Below, in pieces: positions 48,999-59,500 of a stretch of 64,000 nt of DNA; positions within the stretch are counted from its first letter, which is position 1; each line of letters begins with the position of its first letter. This DNA comes from a virus (lineage: Duplodnaviria; Caudoviricetes). The DNA is taken from the IMG/VR virus record IMGVR_UViG_3300021400_001310, positions 1 to 64,000 of that record. One strand, 5' to 3'. Under the pieces are notes generated by a model, which searched no databases, was not told where the DNA came from, and saw nothing but the letters and a program-made list of their open reading frames with translations. Both the position numbers and the translations under genes were made by a program.

Positions 48999-49115
48999 AT
49001 TTGCTTTCTAACAGCTTAAAAGTACCTTTCTAACACTTTTCTAACACAATTTCGCAGTATTATTATTTTTCTTCTAACGTTTTCTAACACTTTCTAACAA
49101 AAACTTTCTAACAGA

Positions 49116-50252
49116 TTACTTAATCTCAATCATTTCGTCTATAGCAGATGCTACCTTTTTTTGTCTTTCAGCATTTGTATGGGCGTAGAAATTGAATGTT
49201 GTAGTCGGACTGCTGTGCCCTAACCAGTCAGCAATACTTACTATAGGAACATTTTCTGCACACAAATTACTTGCCGTACTGTGACGTAAGTCATGGAATC
49301 TTACAACAGGGAGACTACTGTTAACCAAAATTTTATGGAACTGCTTCGTTAAATAATTTGGAAGAATTACTCGCCCGTCAGCCCATGTGCAAACATAATC
49401 TGATTTAATATAATGATCTCCCATTATCTTTGAACGTTCCTCTTGTTGCGCCTTCTGTTCCTTAAGAATCTTATAAGCGCTTTTGGTTAATGGCAATGTT
49501 CTATAACTACTTTCATTCTTTGGTAAGTCGGTATAACTACCTCCAGTATTTTGCTGCAATGTTTCTGAAATAGTTATAGTTCTTTTTTTAAAATCTATGC
49601 TACCCCATTTTAATCCCAAAACCTCACTTCGTCTAAAGCCATAGATAGAACATAACTGAACTGGTAATTCAATTACGCTGCCTTTCATAACGATTAATAG
49701 TTGCTCAAGTTGTTTGGGTGTAAGAAAATTAGCCTTGAATTTATCTGGTTTTGGTGGTCTGGCGGCAAATGCTGGATTAGAACTAATCAGCCCAGAGTGA
49801 ACTGCATCTGACAACGCCTTGCTTATGTTTTGATGATGATGCTTGACAGAGGATTTAGATAAACCACTTTTTACCATTGAATCATAATATGCTTCCAAAT
49901 TAATTGGACATAACTGCTGGAGCTTGGTTTTGTTATCCCTAAAGTACGGAATTATATGTTTCTCCATATTGCCTTTATATCCACGATAAGTATTCGGTCT
50001 TACCTTATCTTTAATCTCGGTCAACCAGAGTTCAAAATAATCAGCCACAAAAATATCTATCCCATTATCATCGGTGTTTTGGGAGTATTTTATGATCTGT
50101 TGTTCTAAAAACTTCTCTGCTTTCTTTTTGTTTCCTCTAACCGGCAAGCCACTATTAATCCATTTCTGTTTACGATTTCCTCTAACATCCTGTAAGTTTA
50201 ACACGGCATAAAACACGCCGCTTTTAGCTTGTACGCTTCCTGTAATAGCCAA
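49116..50252 (-). CDS. int: Tyrosine integrase with N-terminal arm-binding domain
   Basis: GFRRSE, PKN, FHDLRH, LGH, NFY; adjacent to attP. Confidence 0.93.
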   Translation of the reverse strand: MAITGSVQAKSGVFYAVLNLQDVRGNRKQKWINSGLPVRGNKKKAEKFLEQQIIKYSQNTDDNGIDIFVADYFELWLTEIKDKVRPNTYRGYKGNMEKHIIPYFRDNKTKLQQLCPINLEAYYDSMVKSGLSKSSVKHHHQNISKALSDAVHSGLISSNPAFAARPPKPDKFKANFLTPKQLEQLLIVMKGSVIELPVQLCSIYGFRRSEVLGLKWGSIDFKKRTITISETLQQNTGGSYTDLPKNESSYRTLPLTKSAYKILKEQKAQQEERSKIMGDHYIKSDYVCTWADGRVILPNYLTKQFHKILVNSSLPVVRFHDLRHSTASNLCAENVPIVSIADWLGHSSPTTTFNFYAHTNAERQKKVASAIDEMIEIK

Positions 50253-50342
50253 TTAATACTTCTCCTTTCGTGGCTAAAACAATCAATCAAACGTAGGTAT
50301 ATTATATCATACCTTATGTATTCATTTTTTCGCAATAAGAAA

Positions 50343-50528
50343 TTACGCTTTATTCTCTGCACTATTCAAAAAATTAATTACATATTGTTTCGGTACAATA
50401 TATTTTTTACCTACTTTGATCGACTTTATTATTTCATTTTTTAATAGAGTATAAACTGTATTCTTTCCAAGTCTTAGCATTTGCTGAATTTCTTCCACAC
50501 TAACTACGTCTGGATATTCTTGAAACAT
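50343..50528 (-). CDS. xis: Excisionase-like HTH protein
   Basis: YPDVVSVEEIQQMLRLGKNTVYTLL..IKVGKKYIVPK; upstream of int. Confidence 0.8.
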   Translation of the reverse strand: MFQEYPDVVSVEEIQQMLRLGKNTVYTLLKNEIIKSIKVGKKYIVPKQYVINFLNSAENKA

Positions 50529-50551
50529 TATTACACCTCTTTAATCGTTTT

Positions 50552-50581
50552 ATAGGGCGGATTAACCGCCCTATTTTTTTT
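50552..50581 (+). terminator. Hairpin with a U-tract on the plus (antisense) strand only
   Basis: ATAGGGCGG/CCGCCCTAT plus T-run. Confidence 0.6.
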
Positions 50582-51116
50582 ATTTGTTTTTCTTTAATAT
50601 CTGTAAAACATCATTTACGACATTATCGTATCCTTGTTGGTTGCCTTGAAGTAGCTTATAATCTATATGGAATTTCTCTAAAAGATAATACATAGAGTTT
50701 TCAATCTTCTGAGCTTCCTTTTCAGTATGCATCCTTCCAATGGGATTATACGGTTTATCTCTTCTAACAAAGTAATTTATATTATCATATGTATTGAACG
50801 TTTTAAGAACAAATGAAACTAATTCTTCCTGAACGTTCATATCTGGATTATATACGATTGAAAGCGGCAACGGAGAGTCGGTTATTATCACATCGACATC
50901 ATCTTTACAACGAGATAATCTGTATGACTGTTCTCCAAATATATACGCTTGGTTTTGAAATGGAGCCTCAGCCTTTTCCCAAGTTTTGTCTTTTGCAAAC
51001 TCTGTTACCAGTTCGGCATTGATTCCTGCCATTTTTAATTTCGCAAAAATATATGCAGCTCCCGTTGACTTGCCAGCACCGGGAGCACCGAATAGATTTA
51101 CAACTAAAGTGCTAAT
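50580..51116 (-). CDS. NadR/AAA_28-like P-loop kinase (ATT/ATA start inferred)
   Basis: Extending upstream of ATG 51032 recovers Walker A VVNLFGAPGAGKST; IITDSP; SD GGGAGTG. Confidence 0.8.
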   Translation of the reverse strand: MSTLVVNLFGAPGAGKSTGAAYIFAKLKMAGINAELVTEFAKDKTWEKAEAPFQNQAYIFGEQSYRLSRCKDDVDVIITDSPLPLSIVYNPDMNVQEELVSFVLKTFNTYDNINYFVRRDKPYNPIGRMHTEKEAQKIENSMYYLLEKFHIDYKLLQGNQQGYDNVVNDVLQILKKNK

Positions 51117-51120
51117 TATA

Positions 51121-51297
51121 TCACTCCCATTCTTTTATTATATCTAAAAGTTTTTTCAAAGATATTGATTTTCCGTCAAGCTTAAATTTATATCCCGCCC
51201 TTGACATATCTTTTAGCTGAGGTGGTAATGGAACGCACGATTTCTCGTGACATTCCATCATTCCGACTCCAAATGAATTAAATATTTCAAACTTCAT
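51121..51297 (-). CDS. 58-aa hypothetical protein (not in the ORF track)
   Basis: MKFEIFNSFG...AGYKFKLDGK...; fills the operon gap. Confidence 0.55.
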   Translation of the reverse strand: MKFEIFNSFGVGMMECHEKSCVPLPPQLKDMSRAGYKFKLDGKSISLKKLLDIIKEWE

Positions 51298-51517
51298 CGC
51301 TATTATTCTCTGTTTTATTAGAACCGCCCATCTTCATCTTACTTTCATTACAGTAATTAATTACAGATTCAAGACGTTCTTCTATGGTTTTATCTTCATC
51401 TTTTGCGTGCCTTAGAACATCATTGATTGCCAATAATGATCCGAGTTTTAAACCTTTAAGATATCGATCAGTTAATCTTTTTTTATCAGCCTTTTCTCTT
51501 AAAACCTTATTAACCAT
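51287..51517 (-). CDS. Hypothetical protein
   Basis: SD AAGGAG; in operon. Confidence 0.6.
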   Translation of the reverse strand: MVNKVLREKADKKRLTDRYLKGLKLGSLLAINDVLRHAKDEDKTIEERLESVINYCNESKMKMGGSNKTENNSDEV

Positions 51518-51521
51518 TACT

Positions 51522-51725
51522 TTACTCCTTTTCTTCTATTGCGTTCCACAACCCACATGGACATAATCCCGGTTGATTTCTTTTTATTTGATTACTAAAT
51601 ATTTTACAAATACACTTTGTATCTTCTGACTTTTCCACCTGACAAGGGCAGTAACCATTATTAGCCTTTAACGCTGACCTTATTTGATCAACCTTCTTAC
51701 TATCAGTATTAAGTTTGACTATCAT
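51522..51725 (-). CDS. Ferredoxin-thioredoxin reductase catalytic-subunit-like protein
   Basis: GYCPC, CIC, CPCGL six-Cys pattern resembling FTR CPC/CPC/CHC. Confidence 0.75.
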   Translation of the reverse strand: MIVKLNTDSKKVDQIRSALKANNGYCPCQVEKSEDTKCICKIFSNQIKRNQPGLCPCGLWNAIEEKE

Positions 51726-54108
51726 TAAGCTGCCACCCTTTTAACATTGTTTTAATCTCATTAACCCCAATAAGTTTGTTTACTTCACCATTCTTTATAA
51801 TTACAAGCGTAGGAGCTTGTCTTATATTAAATAATTTCGCAAGCTCTGGATTGCTGTCTGCATAAATTTTCTCATATGGAAATCCAACTTTATCAAGAGA
51901 GGCGGAAGCGATTTTACAATTCGGACATGTTGATGTTGCAAACAAATAAGTTTTATCATCAGCAGGCACATACGAAACCGAAGACGTTTCTGTTGTTTGA
52001 TATTCATTAGTTGACTCCATACTATTCTTTTTAAGATAAGAATGAGTAATATCGTAAACCTTACGGTCTATGTATTCCTGAGCTTTACCGTCGTTCCAAT
52101 TCTGAACGGGGCGGTAATAACCTGTGATACGGCTGTAAACTTCCGTCGGCTTACCACATTCAGGACATACCATCTGCTCTCCAACTATATACCCATGGTC
52201 TTTACATACCGAATAAGTCGGAGACATCGTGTAGTAAGGAAGCTTATAGTTTTCCGCTATCTTGCGGACAAGAGTTGCCGCCGCTTTCCAGTCCGGAAGC
52301 TTCTCGCCGAGGAATGCGTGGAAAACTGTACCCGAAGTGTAAAGAGTCTGGAGTTCGTCCTGAATATCGAGAGCTGAGAAAACGTCCTCTGTGAATCCAA
52401 CAGGAAGATGTGAAGAGTTGGTGTAGTAAGGAGTTCCGTTTTCGTTGGCTGTGATGATTTCGGGGAAATGCTTCTTGTCGTGCTTTGCAAGACGGTAAGC
52501 CGTTGACTCTGCGGGAGTAGCCTCAAGGTTGTAAAGATCGCCGTACTCTTCCTGATAGTCGGAAAGGCGCTCACGCATATGGTTGAGAACTTCAATTGAA
52601 AAATCCTGAGTCTCTTTGCTGGTCATATCTTTCCTTATCCAGCTTGCGTTAAGTCCTGCTTCGTTCATGCCGACAAGACCGATAGTTGAGAAATGGTTGT
52701 TGAAGGTGCCGAGGTATCTCTTTGTGTAGGGATAAAGTCCGTTGTCAAGAAGCTTGGTGATAACCGTTCTCTTAACCTTGAGCGAACGCGCGGCAATGTC
52801 CATCATCTTGTCAAGACGTCTGAAGAAATCCTCTTTATCTTTGGAAAGATATGCGATTCTCGGCATATTGATGGTAACTACGCCGACTGAGCCTGTGCTC
52901 TCGCCTGAGCCGAAGAAACCGCCTGATTTCTTTCTGAGTTCACGAAGGTCAAGACGAAGACGGCAGCACATCGAACGAACGTCCGAAGGCTCCATATCGG
53001 AATTGATGTAGTTTGAGAAGTAAGGAGTGCCGTATTTTGCGGTCATTTCAAAGAGAAGACGGTTGTTTTCCGTGTCTGACCAGTCAAAATCTCTTGTGAT
53101 CGAATAAGTCGGGATAGGATACTGGAAGCCTCTGCCGTTGGCGTCGCCTTCAATCATCACTTCTATAAACGCCTTGTTAATCATATCCATCTCTTTTTTA
53201 CAGTCTTTGTATTTGAAGTCAACCTCTTTGCCCCCAACAATACAGTTAAGCTCTGCGAGGTCACTGGGAACAGTCCAGTCGAGGGTAATATTTGTAAACG
53301 GGCTTTGAGTTCCCCATCTTGACGGAGTGTTTACACCATAAATGAATGATTGGATACACTGCTTAACTTCTTTATAACTAAGATTATCTGCTCTTACAAA
53401 TGGAGCAAGATAGGTATCGAATGACGAGAAAGCCTGAGCGCCCGCCCATTCGTTCTGCATGATGCCGAGGAAGTTTACCATCTGATTACACAGCGTTGAA
53501 AGATGAGCTGCAGGCGATGAAGTAATTTTGCCTGAGACTCCGCCCAATCCTTCCTGAATAAGCTGCTTTAATGACCAACCTGCACAATAACCCGTTAACA
53601 TTGAAAGGTCGTGAATGTGGATATCAGCGTTGCGGTGAGCGTTAGCAATTTCCTGATCATATATTTCGGAAAGCCAGTAGTTGGCTGTGATAGCGCCTGA
53701 GTTTGAAAGAATAAGACCGCCAACCGAATAAGTAACGGTTGAATTCTCTTTAACACGCCAATCGTTAACATTTAAATAATCGTCAACAATCGTTTTATAA
53801 TTAACAGTTGTACTGTCTATATTTCTAATATTTTCTCTTTGCTTTCTATATAAAATATATTTCTTTGCGATATCATCGAAACCGCCTTTAATCAAAACAG
53901 ACTCGACGCTATCCTGAATATCTTCAACTGATACTTTTGAATCTGAAATTTTATTATCTAAATCAGATATAACTTTTAATGATAAGAAGTCGATAGTATC
54001 GTCATTATATTGTTTGTCACAAGCAGTAAATGCTTTCTTTACTGCTACTCTAATCTTATTAACATCAAAAGTTTCAATGTCACCATTTCTTTTTACAACT
54101 TCGTACAT
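51709..54108 (-). CDS. nrdD: Class III anaerobic ribonucleotide reductase with ATP cone and C-terminal glutaredoxin-like domain
   Basis: VVKRNG ATP cone, SMCCRL finger loop, CKDH..CPEC, YSRITGY glycyl radical site, TCPNC..QAPT. Confidence 0.95.
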   Translation of the reverse strand: MYEVVKRNGDIETFDVNKIRVAVKKAFTACDKQYNDDTIDFLSLKVISDLDNKISDSKVSVEDIQDSVESVLIKGGFDDIAKKYILYRKQRENIRNIDSTTVNYKTIVDDYLNVNDWRVKENSTVTYSVGGLILSNSGAITANYWLSEIYDQEIANAHRNADIHIHDLSMLTGYCAGWSLKQLIQEGLGGVSGKITSSPAAHLSTLCNQMVNFLGIMQNEWAGAQAFSSFDTYLAPFVRADNLSYKEVKQCIQSFIYGVNTPSRWGTQSPFTNITLDWTVPSDLAELNCIVGGKEVDFKYKDCKKEMDMINKAFIEVMIEGDANGRGFQYPIPTYSITRDFDWSDTENNRLLFEMTAKYGTPYFSNYINSDMEPSDVRSMCCRLRLDLRELRKKSGGFFGSGESTGSVGVVTINMPRIAYLSKDKEDFFRRLDKMMDIAARSLKVKRTVITKLLDNGLYPYTKRYLGTFNNHFSTIGLVGMNEAGLNASWIRKDMTSKETQDFSIEVLNHMRERLSDYQEEYGDLYNLEATPAESTAYRLAKHDKKHFPEIITANENGTPYYTNSSHLPVGFTEDVFSALDIQDELQTLYTSGTVFHAFLGEKLPDWKAAATLVRKIAENYKLPYYTMSPTYSVCKDHGYIVGEQMVCPECGKPTEVYSRITGYYRPVQNWNDGKAQEYIDRKVYDITHSYLKKNSMESTNEYQTTETSSVSYVPADDKTYLFATSTCPNCKIASASLDKVGFPYEKIYADSNPELAKLFNIRQAPTLVIIKNGEVNKLIGVNEIKTMLKGWQLNDSQT

Positions 54109-54662
54109 TATTCTTTATCACCATCCTCGTCTATTAAGTCGACCACCTCTTTAAATGCCAAGACAGCCTCGTCTAAATTCATATGATACTCTGTGTTTGT
54201 AATGATAAAATCCGTTTCATTTACCAATCCGTAATATTGACCGACATCAGAAAGATTTCTTCTATAAGCCTCATCAATATCGTCTCCCCTTGAAAGAATA
54301 TTGATTAACCTTGACCTACGATCTACATATAAATATACAGACGAAACATCATATCCTAATTTTTTAATTAGTCTGAACATACTTGGCGTTATTGTACAAA
54401 TGGCTTTGTCTGACTTGCATTCTTCGGCAGGTATTCCATAAAACCAACCACGCCATACTTCAGCTACAAGAAGAAAATCATTTTTAATTAACTTCTCAAA
54501 TGCTTTCTCAGATACAAAATGATAATCAACTCCATCTTTTTCATCTGGTCTCTTAGGTCTTGTAGTATAAAGAACTATGTTATGATATTTTGGATTCTTA
54601 TCTACAAATGATTTAACTAATGACGACTTCCCACAGCCGCTCTCTCCTAAAACAGCAATCAA
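54108..54662 (-). CDS. gmk: Guanylate kinase-like protein
   Basis: GESGCGKS, YTTRPKRPDEKDGVDYHFVS. Confidence 0.88.
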   Translation of the reverse strand: MIAVLGESGCGKSSLVKSFVDKNPKYHNIVLYTTRPKRPDEKDGVDYHFVSEKAFEKLIKNDFLLVAEVWRGWFYGIPAEECKSDKAICTITPSMFRLIKKLGYDVSSVYLYVDRRSRLINILSRGDDIDEAYRRNLSDVGQYYGLVNETDFIITNTEYHMNLDEAVLAFKEVVDLIDEDGDKE

Positions 54663-54666
54663 ATTA

Positions 54667-55341
54667 TTACACCTCTTTCTTCGGCATCTTACCGCAACTA
54701 TTTGTTTCTGTACAATAGCCGTACAATTTGCATTTTGGCTTCATATAATTCTTAATGATGAAGCTCCACTCTGGTGAATACTCGTACAATTCTTTATATA
54801 AGTCACGCAGCAATTCTCTAAATTCCCAATTTGCACGAGAACATAATCTCTGATGTGACATATCTATTAAATGTCTAAGGTTGCATTTATCAACCATTGT
54901 CGTTTCCATACATAAAGGAAGCAGCATACCGGCGTCTTCTCTCGGTATTCCCATTGCTTCCAATTCTGCAACCGATTTTTGAATAGTCTCATTAGCTTGT
55001 TCGAATATGTATAAAGCTTTTGGATCGTAACTTACCGTTTTCGGTATTACATATGGATATTCCGAATAATTTATATATCTTGTACTTGCTTGTAATCTGG
55101 AAGGTGCTCCGCCGATATGAGTATAAAATTCACGAATAACTCTTGCCGAGTAACCCTCGGCAAGAAACTCAATGTTAGGAAACTCTAACGTTCTTCCATG
55201 ATTTGATTTTAAACATTCAAGACCTCTTTTATAATTTTTGTTATAGTCATCAACTTTTGCTCCCCAACAATAGCCTGCTCGTTCACCAATTAAGGATATT
55301 GGGTTTACTGTTGTGGAATTTAAAATTGTAATTCTTCCCAT
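54667..55341 (-). CDS. thyX: Flavin-dependent thymidylate synthase
   Basis: HGRTLEF, QASTRY, REDA, NLR, QRLCSRANWEFR; the canonical RHR motif is diverged (THI). Confidence 0.82.
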   Translation of the reverse strand: MGRITILNSTTVNPISLIGERAGYCWGAKVDDYNKNYKRGLECLKSNHGRTLEFPNIEFLAEGYSARVIREFYTHIGGAPSRLQASTRYINYSEYPYVIPKTVSYDPKALYIFEQANETIQKSVAELEAMGIPREDAGMLLPLCMETTMVDKCNLRHLIDMSHQRLCSRANWEFRELLRDLYKELYEYSPEWSFIIKNYMKPKCKLYGYCTETNSCGKMPKKEV

Positions 55342-55344
55342 TTA

Positions 55345-55545
55345 TTATTTCCTTTCGTTTTCGATAATAGGACTGGTGACGCAATTATCAATAAGATTGT
55401 CTAAGCATTTACAACAAATATGTATTTTGACGTGCTCTCCGTCATACTTACTTCCAAAGGCTAAAACACGTTCGATAACTGTTGATGCATTAACATCTAA
55501 CATATTTGATATTGATTCTCCGCAAACATTACATTTAAGATTCAT
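55345..55545 (-). CDS. Small Zn-finger protein
   Basis: CNVC..FGSKYDG..CCKC. Confidence 0.65.
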   Translation of the reverse strand: MNLKCNVCGESISNMLDVNASTVIERVLAFGSKYDGEHVKIHICCKCLDNLIDNCVTSPIIENERK

Positions 55546-55891
55546 TTGTATCGTCTCCCTTTTTGTTTATAAATTTAGATATTATTTTTTGAACCTCTTC
55601 GTCTTTAATAGCTTTACGTGAACTACTAATTGATGTCGCTTCGTCGGTAATAAAGAAACTTACGTAATTTGCATCTTCTTCTTTTGTATGTTCTTCTTGT
55701 ATTATTGCTATAACTAAAATTGCTATAAACATTATAATAAAAGAGAAAACAAATACAGCCTTATGTTCGTTTACGATGTTTGTGTACCGATTGTTTATAT
55801 TTATAAACGCTGCAATAATAGGCATTATAAAAATCATTAAGCAGGTTTTTATATAATTTAGTGGTGCTTTTATATAAATCAGTCCTTTCAC
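55535..55891 (-). CDS. Two-TM membrane protein (start uncertain; possibly ATA 55873)
   Basis: Two hydrophobic segments. Confidence 0.55.
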   Translation of the reverse strand: MKGLIYIKAPLNYIKTCLMIFIMPIIAAFININNRYTNIVNEHKAVFVFSFIIMFIAILVIAIIQEEHTKEEDANYVSFFITDEATSISSSRKAIKDEEVQKIISKFINKKGDDTNES

Positions 55892-55924
55892 CGTTATAAA
55901 ATCACGGTTTTATTTTAAATTTTG

Positions 55925-56566
55925 TTATGTATATTTAACTATCTTGTTTGATTTTTGAAACACCCAAAAATAACTATGATATTTTCGAGCGCTTTTTTGG
56001 TTGGCTTTCTGCCAATCCGCTACTAATCGTACCTTAGCTGTCAGAATAAATAAGTCTTTAGGATAAAACCCTGCCTTTACAGCTTCGTTAGCGATAAATA
56101 CGTGACTCATATATTGTGTACTGCTGCTAACTTTATCCTGACATTTAAATATCAAGATTCCCTTATTCTTAAGAACACGATTAAACTCCACCATACTATC
56201 AATATAATATTGATGTAATAGTTTTTCATTTGGAAAAACCGTATACCATTTATTAATCTTATTGTTATCATCATCTTGCTCTAATGAACGACCCTTTGTT
56301 GCTAAAAATGGCGGATCAAACATTATGCAATTTATTGAGTTATCTTCAAGAGGTAACTCTCTACTATCTCTCTTTTCTACAAATGAAAATTTTGGATTTA
56401 TATCATAGCAATATTGTGGAATCTCTATTCCGTCTTTATAAAACAACCCGTTCCCATAGGTGGGATCGCAATCTATTTTCTTTCCCGGTACGTGTAAATC
56501 CAAAATACCCTTTATTATTTCTGTTTGTTCGTATGAAACACTTTTTACCATTCTATTTATTATCAT
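55925..56566 (-). CDS. Amino (N6A/N4C) DNA methyltransferase-like protein
   Basis: DPTYGNG motif I-like and FDPPF motif IV; real start at ATG 56566 or 56551. Confidence 0.75.
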   Translation of the reverse strand: MIINRMVKSVSYEQTEIIKGILDLHVPGKKIDCDPTYGNGLFYKDGIEIPQYCYDINPKFSFVEKRDSRELPLEDNSINCIMFDPPFLATKGRSLEQDDDNNKINKWYTVFPNEKLLHQYYIDSMVEFNRVLKNKGILIFKCQDKVSSSTQYMSHVFIANEAVKAGFYPKDLFILTAKVRLVADWQKANQKSARKYHSYFWVFQKSNKIVKYT

Positions 56567-56567
56567 C

Positions 56568-59500
56568 CTAACAATAAATTTTGTTATATCCGAGTAACCA
56601 ATAATATTGATTTCTTTTTTCCCATGACGTACATTGTATAGTCTCACCTTTTTCAATTGGAGAGTGTTTATATATATAATTAGGTAGAGTGAAAAGGCTG
56701 TCTTTTCCGCTTCCAATAGAATGTGTTTTAACACTATATCCAAAAAGTTTATTATCTTTATGCCTACGCAAAGGATAAATATCAACTATGTATAATTTTC
56801 TTCTGTCGCTCTCTTTCCCTGAGCTATACCCCGGATAACCCATAATGTCCACAAAGTTCGCCATTTTTAAATATGTGCTCAAGTCTTCAACGTGAAGGTC
56901 TTTGATTTGATTTTCAGTCTCTCTAAGCAAAGATTCTACGTCTAAAACTGTATAACTCTTTGCTTCACCGCCAGACTTTGTGGTGCTGATCGAATACTTT
57001 TTTATAACGGATTCTAATCGACTTCCTTCAACTTTGACTTTTGGAATCTTCCTTACTTGACCCTTATTAAAAATACCGTAGAAAAGCTCAAACATTTTCA
57101 GAAGTTCTCGTTGATTGCCAAAATCAGAGAAGAAATCAATCTTAATCAGTATGTCTAATTGTTTTTGGTCAATCTTTGTTTCATTTGCAATATCGTCTAA
57201 CAAGTCAAAGAAATAGTCATACTGATTATCCTTCGATAATTCGAATAGCTGTTTACCTGCTGAAGAACCCATATATTTAATTGAACCTAATCCTTTTGCT
57301 ATTGTATTTTTTTCGGTGTTAAAGAAGTATTCTTCTTTCGAGACTCCCCATTTTGGCATAGTTACTTTTATACCAGATTTGGTTGCATACTCTGTGCCGT
57401 TCTTTATATCATCTTCGTTGGCAGCGTTGTTAAGAAACGCTGTCAAAAATTCTAAAGGATGATAATATCTGTAGTACGCACATAGGTATCCAAGCATACA
57501 ATACGCAATGGAATGATTATACCCAAATTGATAGTTTGAACTATCTTCAATAATTTGTAAAAACTCTTTAGCTTCTTTTTCTGCTTCTTCTCTTGGTTTA
57601 GGTGACTTACTGCAATACCCGTCAAGTATTGAAGGAAGGGCGGCGTCTAATCTATCTTTCTGCTTCCGACCGATTGCACGCCTAATGTTGTCAGACGCGC
57701 TACCCGATAAACCACAAATCTGTTGCAAAAACTTAATTGTATCTTCTTGATAAATCAAATACCCAAGATTGTCTTTAAGTAATTCATCAATTATATCTGA
57801 GGGATTACTATGAATTTTTCTTGCAAGCAAGTCATCTCTGTATGAAGTTCCTGATGGTCTTATACAGGCTGTGACAATTGACATATCAAAAATATTTTGA
57901 GGTTTAAATCTCCTTAAACAGTCAAACGAAAATTTACTTTCAAACTGAAAAATTCCAGATGGACTTCTAATCATATCTGCCCATACATTTTTATCATTCC
58001 AATCTATTTCGTGCGATTTAGGATATGGTTGATTTAGATAATTACAAGTATCTCTAATTACCTGCACAGTCTTTAAAATCAAGAAGTCGTATTTTGCAAG
58101 ACCGGTATAATCGTGAACATTATCCATATCTAACATCAGACAAATTTCTCCGTCTTTATCAAAGACACCAAAGTTATCGTTTAATGTGATCGGACTGATA
58201 ACCATTCCGGCAGGATGAACAGATTGAGATACCTTTGTTCCCACTAAACCATCAAAGTAGTAGAAGATATCTGGGTATTTATTCTTTGTCTCCTCTGGAG
58301 ACTGTGAGTATTCGCTTTTTATTTGTGCTATTTTGTCATAATTATACGGGTTTTCTTTAATCTTTTCATTAAACTTATATCCACGATTCTGATTCCATCG
58401 GTACATTAACGCTCTGCCAATTTCGTCTATAACACTTTTATCAGCGAGAGTTCCGAAAGAAGCTACACGGGCTGTCTTATCAGCACCGAATCTTTGTATT
58501 ATATGTTCAAAAATAGCTGGTCGGTCTGATTCGACGCAATCTATATCGATATCTCCGATCTCTTCTCTATCTTCGTTACAGAATCTTGAAAATACCGTAT
58601 GCCAAGTTTCTGGATCAAGGTCAATGATATCAGTTACATAAGCTACTCTTGATCCACCGACGGAGCCTCTTGCTATGCCGATTGCCATATTCTGAGATTT
58701 GCACCAAGATATAAGCTCTGACATGGACAGCATAAACCCTTCCATGTGTAACTTTTTAAAAACCCTAACCTCTTCCTTAATTGCAGACTCAAAAGCTTCA
58801 ACTTGTTCAGGCGGGATTATCCTCTCTTCAACTTTTGAATCAAATTTCTCTTTGATAGTTTGCTCGAATATTTCAGCATCTTTTTCTCTTGTTCCGTAAA
58901 GAATCGGATACTTAATAGATGTATCTAATTCTATTTCTTCTGTTAGTTCATCAAGCAAATTTGTATTATTAAGCGCTTTAACATATTCTTCTTCCGGTAA
59001 AGCATTTTGCTCTTTGAACATTTCTAATATTTCATCATATGTTTTATATGTTAAATCAAATTTATCATCTGAGTATGACTTGCGTTTAGCTTCTAAAAGA
59101 ATATCTCTACACTCTGATTTATATTGAGATGAGCTGTGCGTGTCAGTTCCCACTATTAGAGGCTTATCAATTCTTTTGGATAAAACAAATAGTCGTTTAT
59201 TATACTCAGCCTGTTCCTCACAGATGTGAGGTTGTATTTCTAAAAAATCGTATTTTTTTGCCAGCTTCATATACATTGGATGTTTATCTGGCAATTTATT
59301 TAAAGGCGATGCAAGACAAGCACTTGTTGTGATTACATTATCGGACAAGTTCAAAAACTCATCAAAAGTAATTCGATTGACATAATAAAAGTGATCGTCC
59401 TTAAATGAACGGCTAACCAGATCATTTATTTCTTTTACCCCGTCCAGATTCTTTGCCATTAAAATGGTATGGTAATTATCTCTTACTTTTTCTTGTAAAG

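Larger units (their letters stand above)
48737..49113 (+). repeat. attP arm-type integrase binding sites: 10 direct copies of TTCTAAC[A/G]
   Basis: Copies at 48737, 48761, 48772, 49006, 49028, 49039, 49072, 49082, 49092, 49106, flanking the core. Confidence 0.85.

Noticed and set aside
56567-56785. N-terminal extension of the MTase ORF
   Set aside because: Overlaps the dnaE 3' end by over 200 nt; ATG 56566 or 56551 is more plausible
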